A stretch of DNA of 64,000 nt, from NCBI GenBank assembly GCA_048128005.1, contig JBEUKZ010000123.1, forward strand, positions 186,001-250,000, in the 5' to 3' direction. The notes below the pieces were generated by a model, which was given only the letters and a program-made list of their open reading frames with translations, ran no database searches and was not told the DNA's origin. Below, piece by piece: positions 14,982 to 27,100 of this stretch (positions are counted from its first letter, which is position 1; each line of letters begins with the position of its first letter). The DNA is from Veleropilina oligotropha (Eukaryota). Made by a program: the position numbers and the translations under genes.

Positions 14982-17950
14982 TAAAGCTGCTAGCAGCTGT
15001 GCAGGGCTTCAAGTTAGAGCCATGTTATCGCATTAATTAGTTGAACACAAAACACATCTAAATTTTTTAGAATTTTTTAAATTTATTTAAATTTTTTTGA
15101 AAGTTTGAAATTGAAAGTTTTTGGATTTTTTTTTATTTCCATTCAAAATATCTAAGCTCTAGCATCAATATTAACCGAGTTGGCCATTTCGTGACCATTT
15201 TCTGGCAAAAATGGCGTTTCCCTTAATTAGGTCATTTCCTGCAATGTAGGTCAACTGAGGTCAAAGGTCAATGTCACATGTGAAAGATGAACCATGACTT
15301 CCAATATGCTCCCCATAGTAACTATGTGTCTGCGGTGCATACTTTTTGATATATTGCCACTTGAAATTTTATTTAATTTTTTTTTTTAAAATTGAAAGTT
15401 TTTCGAATTTTTTTATTATTTCCATTCAAAATATCTAAGCTCTAGCATCAATATTAACCGAGTTGGCCATTTCGTGACCATTTTCTGGCAAAAATAGGGC
15501 GTTTCCCTTAATTAGGTCATTTACTGCAATGTAGGTCAACTGAGGTCAAAGGTCAAGGTCACATGTGAAAGATGAACCATGACTTCCCATAGGCTCCCCA
15601 TAGTAACTATGTGTCTGCGGTGCATCCTTTTTGATATATTGCCACTTGAAACAAATGCTTTAATGGCCAGCGAGGCACTTCCTGTTTTTCGATTTTATCA
15701 CGTAAATTTGATAAATGTCGACTACAGACATCAATAGTAGTTCTCTTGAACCACTATGGGCACACATGTATGCATTTTTCCTTAATTAGGTCATTTCCTG
15801 CAATGTAGGTCACCTGAGGTCAAAGGTCAAGGTCATTTTCGAAAGCCCACCCATGACTTCCCATAGGCTCCCCATAGTAACCATGGGTCTACGTTGCATC
15901 ATTTCCAAGATTTAGCCATTTTAAATTGATTTCAGTATGGCCGCCGGTTAAATTTAAAATGTTCAAATGGAGATATCTCGAAAAGTACGTGGCGTACGAA
16001 CCTGAAATTTGCGGCATTCGATTCAGAATTATAATATCAATATACAAAAATGAAGAAAAATAATTTTTGTAAAAGTTTAATTTTTTTCAAATTTAAAAAA
16101 AAATTAATGAAATATTTTTTTCATTTTATAATATGCATATGGCCACTCTGAATCGAATGGCCAGTAGTTTCATGATTCTACGCCCAGTAGTTCTCGAGAT
16201 CTGGCCATTTTAAAAATTATTTTGGCGGCCATTTTGTTTTTTTTGATCGAATTTTTTTTTGACCTAATTTAAAATATCTAAGCTCTAGGATCAGTTTTAA
16301 CCTAGTTAGCCCCTTTTATGACCATTTTCTATGGCCCAAATAGGCAAACTAAGATTTTTCCTTAATTAGGTCATTTAGAGCAAAGTAGGTCATCTGAGGT
16401 CAAAGGTCAAGGTGGATTTGGAACACCCACCCATGACTTCCCATAGGCTCCCTATAGTACCCATGTCTCAAATTCCATTATTTAAATTTTTTTTTAAATT
16501 ATTTTAATTTGTAAAATTTTAATTCAAAATTGCCGCTGGCTCAAGTCGAAATTCAAAAATCCGCTCTTATATCACTCTAGACAATAAGTGCTGGTATATA
16601 AATATGTAAATCATGCAGCTACGGGTTCATTATTAACAAAGTTATTCCAGGGTTTGATATTATGACGTAATTCAAGATGGCCGCCAGACCACTAGCGCCA
16701 CCTATCTGATAAACCGCGCCACACAACTTCAGTATGGTATGATCATAGATGATGACTAACAATTAAGCAGCTATAGCGGTTATTGAGCTACGGCCGACAC
16801 AAAATCGTCCGGAATAATAATAATAATAATTAAAGCTGCTAGCAGCTATGCAGGGCTTCAAGTTAGAGCCATGTTATCGCATTAATTAGTTGAACACAAA
16901 ACACCTTTTCTGCTCATTTAGTCAATAAGTGTCAGCAGTAAGTCTACCCACTATCGGCACATATATGCGTTCTTTCCTTAATATGTCAATTATAGCAGCG
17001 TAGGTCACATGAGGTCAAAGTCGCGATGAAATTTGAAAGTTCACCCATGATTCCCATAGGCTTCATACTGTAACTGTGTGTCTATGATGCACCATTTAAA
17101 AAAAAAATTAATGAAATATTTTGTTCATTTTATAATATGCATATGGCCACTCTGAATCGAATGGCCAGTAGTTTCATAATTCAACGCCCAGTAGTTCTCG
17201 AGATATGGCCATTTTAAAAATCTTAGCTCTAGGATCAGTTTTAACCTAGTTAGCCCCTTTTATGACCAGATATGGCCATTTTAAAAATTATTTTGGCGGC
17301 CATTTTGTTTTTTTTGATCGAAATTTTTTGTTGACCCAATTTAAAATATCTAAGCTGTAGGATCAGTCTACGCCCAGTAGTTCTCGAGATATGGCCATTT
17401 TAAAAATTATTTTGGCGGTCATTTTTTTTTTTTAATAGAAATTTTTTTTTGACCTAATTTAAAATATCTAAGCTCTAGGATCAGTTTTAACCTAGTTAGC
17501 CCCTTTTATGACCATTTTCTATGGCCCAAATAGGCAAACTAAGATTTTTCCTTAATTAGGTCATTTAGAGCAATGTAGGTCATCTGAGGTCAAAGGTCAA
17601 GGTGGATTTGGAATACCCACCCATGACTTCCCATAGGCTCCCTATAGTACCCATGTCTCTAATTCCATTATTTAAATTTTTTTTAAATTATTTCAATTTG
17701 TAAAATTTTAATTCAAAATTGCCGCCGGCTAAAGTCGAAATTCAAAAATCCGCTCTTATATCACTCTAGACAATAAGTGCTGGTATATAAATATGTAAAT
17801 CATGCAGCTCCGGGTTCATTATTAACAAAGTTATTCCAGGGTTTGATATTATGACGTAATTCAAGATGGCCGCCAGACTACTAGCGCCACCTATCTGATA
17901 AACCGCGCCACACAACTTCAGTATGGTATGATCATAGATGATGACTAACA
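11500..17950. repeat. Near-perfect tandem duplication, period 3059 bp
   Basis: Marker ORFs at 11648, 14707 and 17766 are exactly 3059 apart. Private variants (ccaatatgctcc, gcaaagtagg, tacgggttc) and the (AAT)n length recur at +3059. Ends approximate. Confidence 0.9.
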
Positions 17951-20020
17951 ATTAAGCAGCTATAGCGGTTATTGAGCTACGGCCGACACAAAATCGTCCG
18001 GAATAATAATAATAAGAAGAATTAAAGCTGCTAGCAGCTGTGCAGGGCTTCAAGTTAGAGCCATGTTATCGCATTAATTAGTTGAACACAAAACACACCT
18101 AAATTTTTTAGAATTTTTTTAAATTTTAAATGTTTTTGAAAGTTTGAAATTGAAAGTTTTTCGATTTTTTTTATTATTTCCATTCAAAATATCTAAGCTC
18201 TAGCATCAATATTAACCGAGTTGGCCATTTCGTGACCATTTTCTGGCAAAAAAAGGGCGTTTCCCTTAATTAGGTCATTTACTGCAATGTAGGTTAACTG
18301 AGGTCAAAGGTCAATGTCACATGTGAAAGATGAACCATGACTTCCCATAGGCTCCCCATAGTAAGTATGTGTCTGCGGTGCATACTTTTTGATATATTGC
18401 CACTTGAAATTTTATTTTTTATTTTTTTTTTAAATTGAAAGTTTTTCGAATTTTTTTATTATTTACATTCAAAATATCTAAGCTCTAGCATCAATATTAA
18501 CCGAGTTGGCCATTTCGTGAACATTTTCTGGCAAAAATAGGGCGTTTCCCTTAATTAGGTCATTTACTGCAATGTAGGTCAACTGAGGTCAAAGGTCAAG
18601 GTCACATGTGAAAGATGAACCATGACTTCCCATAGGCTCCCCATAGTAACTATGTGTCTGCGGTGCATCCTTTTTGATATATTGCCACTTGAAACAAATG
18701 CTTTAATGGCTGGCGAGGCACTTCCTGTTTTTCGATTTTATCACGTAAATTTGATAAATGTCGACTACAGACATCAATAGTAGTTCTCTTGAACCACTAT
18801 GGGCACATCCTTTTTTGATATATTGCCACTTGAAACAAATGCTTTAATGGCTGGCGAGGCACTTCCCGTTTTTCGATTTTATCACGTAAATTTGATAAAT
18901 GTCGACTACAGACATCAATAGTAGTTCTCTTGAACCACTATGGGCACACATGTATGCATTTTTCCTTAATTAGGCCATTTCCTGCAATGTAGGTCACCTG
19001 AGTCCAAAGGTCAAGGTCATTTTCGAAAGCCCACCCATGACTTCCCATAGGCTCCCCATAGTAACCATGGGTCTACGTTGCATCATTTCCAAGATTTAGC
19101 CATTTTAAATTGATTTCAGTATGGCCGCCGGTTAAATTTAAAATGTTCAAATGGAGATATCTCGAAAAGTACGTGGCGTACGAACCTGAAATTTGCGGCA
19201 TTCGATTCAGAATTATAATATAAATATACAAAAATGAAGAAAAATAATTTTTGTAAAAGTTTAATTTTTTTTAAATTTAAAAAAAAATTAATGAAATTTG
19301 TTTTTCATTTTATAATATGCATATGGCCACTCTGAATCGAATGGCCAGTAGTTTCATGATTCTACGCCCAGTAGTTCTCGAGATCTGGCCATTTTACAAA
19401 TTATTTTGGCGGCCATTTTGTTTTTTTTGATCGAAATTTTTTTTTGACCTAATTTAAAATATCTAAGCTCTAGGATCAGTTTTAACCTAGTTAGCCCCTT
19501 TTATGACCATTTTCTATGGTCCAAATAGGCAAACTAAGATTTTTCCTTAATTAGGTCATTTAGAGCAATGTAGGTCATCTGAGGTCAAAGGTCAAGGTGG
19601 ATTTGGAATACCCACCCATGACTTCCCATAGGCTCCCTATAGTACCCATGTCTCTAATTCCATTATTTAAATTTTTTTTTTAATTATTTCAATTTGTAAA
19701 ATTTTAATTCAAAATTGCCGCCGGCTAAAGTCGAAATTCAAAAATCCGCTCTTATATCACTCTAGACAAAAAGTGCTGGTATATAAATATGTAAATCATG
19801 CAGCTCCGGGTTCATTATTAACAAAGTTATTCCAGGGTTTGATATTATGACGTAATTCAAGATGGCCGCCAGACTACTAGCGCCACCTATCTGATAAACC
19901 GCGCCACACAACTTCAGTATGGTATGATCATAGATGATGACTAACAATTAAGCAGCTATAGCGGTTATTGAGCTACGGCCGACACAAAATCGTCCGGAAT
20001 AATAATAATAATAATAATAA
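17561..20020. repeat. Near-identical copy of positions 1-2460 (offset 17560)
   Basis: ORFs 206/17766 and 2202/19762 share offset 17560. Rare variants (agtccaaagg, gacaaaaagtg, internal ~140 bp duplication at ~1245-1390) are shared. Confidence 0.9.
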
Positions 20021-21952
20021 TTAAAGCTGCTAGCAGCTGTATAGGGCTCCAAGTTATATTCCTGGATATTCTAAAAATTTTAGAATTTTTTTAAATTTTT
20101 TAAATTTTTAAAAAAAAAAATGTTTTTTTTAGATCGATTTTTTTTATTATTTCCATTCAAAATATCTAAGCTCTAGCATCAATATTAACCGAGTTGGCCA
20201 TTTCGTGACCATTTTCTGGCAAAAATAGGGCGTTTTCCTTAATTAGGTCATTTACTGCAATGTAGGTCAACTGAGGTCAAAGGTCAAGGTCACATGTGAA
20301 AGATGAACCATGACTTCCCATAGGCTCCCCATAGTAACTATGTGTCTGCGGTGCATCCTTTTTCATATATTGCCACTTGAAACAAATGCTTTAATGGCCG
20401 CCGAGGCACTTCCTGTTTTTCGATTTTATCACGTGAATTTGATAAATGTCGACTACAGACATCAATAGTAGTTCACTTCAACCACTATGGGCACACATGT
20501 ATGCATTTTTCCTTAATTAGGTCATTTCCTGCAATGTAGGTCACCTGAGGTCAAAGGTCAAGGTCATTTTCGAAAGCCCACCCATGACTTCCCATAGGCT
20601 CCCCATAGTAACCATGGGTCTACGTTGCATCATTTCCAAGATATAGCCATTTTAAATTGATTTCACTATGGCCGCCGGTTAAATTAAAAATTCAAAAATC
20701 CGCTTTGATAAGATTGTTGACAAACGACTTTGGCATCTGAATATACTAATCATGTCGCTCTAGGTTAAATATTAAGAAAGTTATAAAAGAAGCTAGTTTA
20801 TGACGTAATCCAAGATGGCCGACAAACCGATGCGGTCATGTGACTCAAAAAGTTGTATGCATCAATTCAGCTACAGTAGTAACTATATGGCAACTTACAA
20901 CTATGCAGCTATAGCAGTTTAGGCGCTAGGCTTGACACAACTTCCGAACTATAATAATAATAATAATAATTAAATATTAAGAAAGTTATAAAAGAAGCTA
21001 GTTTATGACGTAATCCAAGATGGCCGACAAACCGATGCGGTCATGTGACTCAAAAAGTTGTATGCATCAATTCAGCTACAGTAGTAACTATATGGCAACT
21101 TACAACTATGCAGCTATAGCAGTTTAGGCGCTAGGCTTGACACAACTTCCGAACTATAATAATAATAATAATAAATATAAATATACAAAAATGAAGAAAA
21201 ATAATTTTTGTAAAAGTTTAAATTTTTTTAAATTTAAAAAAAAAATTAATGAAATATTTTTTCATTTTATAATATGCATATGGCCACTCTGAATCGAATG
21301 GCCAGTAGTTTCATAATTCTACGCCCAGTAGTTCTCGAGATCTGGCCATTTTAAAAATTATGTTGGCGGCCATTTTGTTTTTTTTTATCGAAATTTTTTT
21401 TTGACCTAATTTAAAATATCTAAGCTCTAGGATCAGTTTTAACCTAGTTAGCCCCTTTTATGACCATTTTCTATGGCCCAAATAGGCAACCTAAGATTTT
21501 TCCTTAATTAGGTCATTTAGAGCAATGTAGGTCATCTGAGGTCAAAGGTCAAGGTGGATTTGGAATACCCACCCATGACTTCCCATAGGCTCCCTATAGT
21601 ACCCATGTCTCTAATTCCATTATTTAAATTTTTTTTTAATTATTTCAATTTGTAAAATTTTAATTCAAAATTGCCGCCGGCTAAAGTCGAAATTCAAAAA
21701 TCCGCTCTTATATCACTCTAGACAATAAGTGCTGGTATATAAATATGTAAATCATGCAGCTCCGGGTTCATTATTAACAAAGTTATTCCAGGGTTTGATA
21801 TTATGACGTAATTCAAGATGGCCGCCAGACTACTAGCGCCACCTATCTGATAAACCGCGCCACACAACTTCAGTATGGTATGATCATAGATGATGACTAA
21901 CAATTAAGCAGCTATAGCGGTTATTGAGCTACGGCCGTTACAAAATCGTCCG

Positions 21953-21996
<44 letters not shown>

Positions 21997-24155
21997 GAGA
22001 ACGGAATAAAACCAATAGGTCTTCAAGCCTGAAGTGCTTGAAGCCCTAATAATTAAAGCTGCTAGCAGCTGTGCAGGGCTTCAAGTTAGAGCCATGTTAT
22101 CGCATTAATTAGTTGAACACAAAACACACCTACATTTTTTAGATTTTTTTTAAATTTTATTTAAATTTTTTTTAAAAATTGAAAGTTTTTCGAATTTTTT
22201 TTTATTTCCATTCAAAATATCTAAGCTCTAGCATCAATATTAACCGAGTTGGCCATTTCGTGACCATTTCCTGGCAAAAATAGGGCGTTTCCCTTAATTA
22301 TGTCATTTACTGCAATGTAGGTCAACTGAGGTCAAAGGTCAAGGTCACATGTGCAAGATGAACCATGACTTCCCATAGGCTCCCCATAGTAACTATGTGT
22401 CTGCGGTGCATCCTTTTTGATATATTGCCACTTGAAACAAATGCTTTAATGGCCGGCGAGGCACTTCCTGTTTTTCGATTTTATCACGTAAATTTGATAA
22501 ATGTCGACTACAGACATCAATAGTAGTTCTCTTGAACCACTATGGGCACACATGTATGCATTTTTCCTTAATTAGGTCATTTCCTGCAATGTAGGTCACC
22601 TGAGGTCAAAGGTCAAGGTCATTTTCGAAAGCCCACTCATGACTTCCCATAGGCTCCCCATAGTAACCATGGGTCTACGTTGCATCATTTCCAAGGTATA
22701 GCCATTTTAAATTTTATTTAAAAAAAAATTTAAAATTGAAAGTTTTTCGATTTTTTTTATTATTTCCATTCAAAATATCTAAGGTCTAGCATCAATATTA
22801 ACCGAGTTGGCCATTTCGTGACCATTTCCTGGCAAAAATAGGGCGTTTCCCTTAATTAGATCATTTACTGCAATGTAGGTCAACTGAGGTCAAAGGTCAA
22901 GGTCACATGTGAAAGATGAACCATGACTTCCCATAGGCTCCCCATAGTAACTATCTGTCTGCGGTGCATCCTTTTTGATATATTGCCACTTGAAACAAAT
23001 GCTTTAATGGTCGCCGAGGCACTTCCTGTATTTCGATTTTATCACGTAAATTTGATAAATGCCGACTACAGACATCAATAGTAGTTCACTTCAACCACTA
23101 TGGGCACACATGTATGCATTTTTTCTTAATTAGGTCATTTCCTGCAATGTAGGTCACCTGAGGTCGAAGGTCAAGGTCATTTTCGAAAGCCCACCCATGA
23201 CTTCCCATAGGCTCCCCATAGTAACCATGGGTCTACGTTGCATCATTTCCAAGATTTAGCCATTTTAAATTGATTTCAGTATGGCCGCCGGTTAAATTTA
23301 AAATGTTCAAATGGAGATATCTCGAAAAGTACGTGGCGTACGAACCTGAAATTTGCGGCATTCGATTCAGAATTATAATATAAATATACAAAAATGAAGA
23401 AAAATAATTTTTGTAAAAGTTTAAATTTTTTTAAATTTAAAAAAAAAATTAATGAAATATTTTTTCATTTTATAATATGCATATGGCCACTCTGAATCGA
23501 ATGGCCAGTAGTTTCATAATTCTACGCCCAGTAGTTCTCGAGATCTGGCCATTTTACAAATTATTTTGGCGGCCATTTTGTTTTTTTTTATCGAAATTTT
23601 TTTTTGACCTAATTTAAAATATCTAAGCTCTAGGATCAGTTTTAACCTAGTTAGCCCCTTTTATGACCATTTTCTATGGCCCAAATAGGCAACCTAAGAT
23701 TTTTCCTTAATTAGGTCATTTAGAGCAATGTAGGTCATCTGAGGTCAAAGGTCAAGGTGGATTTGGAATACCCACCCATGACTTCCCATAGGCTCCCTAT
23801 AGTACCCATGTCTCTAATTCCATTATTTAATTTTTTTTTTAATTATTTCAATTTGTAAAATTTTAATTCAAAATTGCCGCCGGCTAAAGTCGAAATTCAA
23901 AAATCCGCTCTTATATCACTCTAGACAATAAGTGCTGGTATATAAATATGTAAATCATGCAGCTCCGGGTTCATTATTAACAAAGTTATTCCAGGGTTTG
24001 ATATTATGACGTAATTCAAGATGGCCGCCAGACTACTAGCGCCACCTATCTGATAAACCGCGCCACACAACTTCAGTATGGTATGATCATAGATGATGAC
24101 TAACAATTAAGCAGCTATAGCGGTTATTGAGCTACGGCCGTTACAAAATCGTCCG

Positions 24156-24199
<44 letters not shown>

Positions 24200-27100
24200 G
24201 AGAACGGAATAAAACCAATAGGTCTTCAAGCCTGAAGTGCTTGAAGCCCTAATAATAATAATAATAATAGAGAACGGAATAAAACCAATAGGTCTTCAAG
24301 CCTGAAGTGCTTGAAGCCCTAATTAAAGCTGCTAGCAGCTGTGCAGGGCTTCAAGTTAGAGCCATGTTATCGCATTAATTAGTTGAACACAAAACACACC
24401 TACATTTTTTAGAATTTTTTTAAATTTTATTTAATTTTTTTTTTTAAATTGAGTTTTTCGAATTTTTTTATTATTTCAATTCAAAATATCTAAGCTCTAG
24501 CATCAATATTAACCGAGTTGGCCATTTCGTGACCATTTTCTGGCAAAAATAGGGCGTTTCCCTTAATTAGGTCATTTACTGCAATGTAGGTCAACTGAGG
24601 TCAAAGGTCAAGGTCACATGTGAAAGATGAACCATGACTTCCCATAGGCTCCCCATAGTAACTATGTGTCTGCGGTGCATCCTTTTTGATATATTGCCAC
24701 TTGAAACAAATGCTTTAATGGCCACCGAGGCACTTCCTGTTTTTCGATTTTATCACGTAAATTTGATAAATGTCGACTACAGACATCAATAGTAGTTCAA
24801 TTCAACCACAATGGGCACACATGTATGCATTTTTCCTTAATTAGGTCATTTCCTGCAATGTAGGTCACCTGAGGTCAAAGGTCAAGGTCATTTTCGAAAG
24901 CCCACCCATGACTTCCCATAGGCTCCCCATAGTAACCATGGGTCTACGTTGCATCATTTCCAAGATATAGCCATTTTAAATTTTTTTTTAAATTTGTTTT
25001 CTTTAAATCGATTTTTTTTTTTATTTCCATTCAAAATATCTAAGCTCTAGCATCAATATTAACCGACTTGGCCATTTCGTGACCATTTCCTGGCGAAAAT
25101 AGGGCGTTTTTCTTAATTAGGTCATTTACTGCAATGTAGGTCAACTGAGGTCAAAGGTCAAGGTCACATGTGAAAGATGAACCATGACTTCCCATAGGCT
25201 CCCCATAGTAACTATGTGTCTGCGGTGCATCCTTTTTGATATATTGCCACTTGAAACAAATGCTTTAATGGCCACCGGGGCACTTCCTGTTTTTCGATTT
25301 CATCACGTAAATTTGATAAATGTCGACTACAGACATCAATAGTAGTTCAATTCAACCACTATGGGCACACATGTATGCATTTTTCCTTAATTAGGTCATT
25401 TCCTGCAATGTAGGTCACCTGAGGTCAAAGGTCAAGGTCATTTTCGAAAGCCCACCCATGACTTCCCATAGGCTCCCCATAGTAACCATGGGTCTACGTT
25501 GCATCATTTCCAATATATAGCCATTTTAAATTGATTTCAGTATGGCCGCCGATTAAATTAAAAATTCAAAAATCCACTCTCATGACATTTTTGACAAACG
25601 ACTCTGGCATCCGAATATACTAATCATGTCCCTCTAGGTTAAAAATTAACAAAGTTATAAAAGAAGCTAGTTTATGACGTAATCCAAGATGGCCGCCAGA
25701 CCACTAGCGCCACCTACCTGATAAACCGCGCCACACTACTTCAGTATGGTATGATCATACATGGCGACTAATTATTAAGCAGCTATAGCGGTTATTGAGC
25801 TACGGCCGACACAAAATCGTCCGGAATAATAATAAGAAGAAGAATAAGAATAGAAATTCTAATAAAAACAATAGGTCTTCAAGCCTGAAGTGCTTGAAGC
25901 CCTAATAAGAATAGAAATTCTAATAAAAACAATAGGTCTTCAAGCCTGAAGTGCTTGAAGCCCTAATTAAAGCTGCTAGCAGCTGTGCAGGGCTTCAAGT
26001 TATAGCCATGTTATCGCATTAATGATTTGAACACAAAACACACCTAAATTTTTTAGAATTTTTTTAAATTTTATTAAAAAAAATTTGTTAAAATTGAAAG
26101 TTTTTCGATTTTTTTTATTATTTCCATTCAAAATAGCTAAGCTCTAGCATCAATATTAACCGAGTTGGCCATTTCGTGACCATTTCCTGGCAAAAATAGG
26201 GCGTTTTTTTTAATTAGGTCATTTACTGCAATGTAGGTCAACTGAGGTCAAAGGTCAAGGTCACATGTGAAAGATGAACCATGACTTCCCATAGGCTCCC
26301 CATAGTAACTATGTGTCTGCGGTGCATCCTTTTTGATATATTGCCACTTGAAACAAATGCTTTAATGGCCACCGAGGCACTTCCTGTTTTTCGATTTTAT
26401 CACGTAAATTTGATAAATGTCGACTACAGACATCAATAGTAGTTCAATTCAACCACTATGGGCACACATGTATGCATTTTTCCTTAATTAGGTCATTTCC
26501 TGCAATGTAGGTCACCTGAGGTCAAAGGTCAAGGTCATTTTCGAAAGCCCACCCATGACTTCCCATAGGCTCCCCATAGTAACCATGGGTCTACGTTGCA
26601 TCATTTCCAAGATATAGCCATTTTAAATTGATTTCAGTATGGCCGCCGATTAAATTAAAAATTCAAAAATCCACTCTCATGACATTTTTGACAAACGACT
26701 CTGGCATCCGAATATACTAATCATGTCCCTCTAGGTTAAAAATTAACAAAGTTATAAAAGAAGCTAGTTTATGACGTAATCCAAGATGGCCGCCAGACCA
26801 CTAGCGCCACCTACCTGATAAACTGCGCCACACTACTTCAGTATGGTATGATCATACATGGCGACTAATAATTAAGCAGCTATAGCGGTTATTGAGCTAC
26901 GGCCGCTACAAAATCGTCTGGAATAATAATAAGAATTAAAGCTGCGAGCAGCTGTGAGGGCTTCAATCAGGTAAACGAAATAAAAAAAAGACGTAAAATA
27001 AAAAAAAATAAAAAAGTTTAATTTAAAAAAAAAAAAATTACAAAAAATACTAAATGTAAAATTTTTTTTTTTATATTTTAAGATATACATATGACCACTT

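Noticed and set aside
206..24106. Twelve copies of a 61 aa ORF (MLVIIYDHT...)
   Set aside because: By-product of the repeat unit: no ATG at the track's start, and broken by a stop in variant units (~13560, ~16620). No sign of coding constraint.
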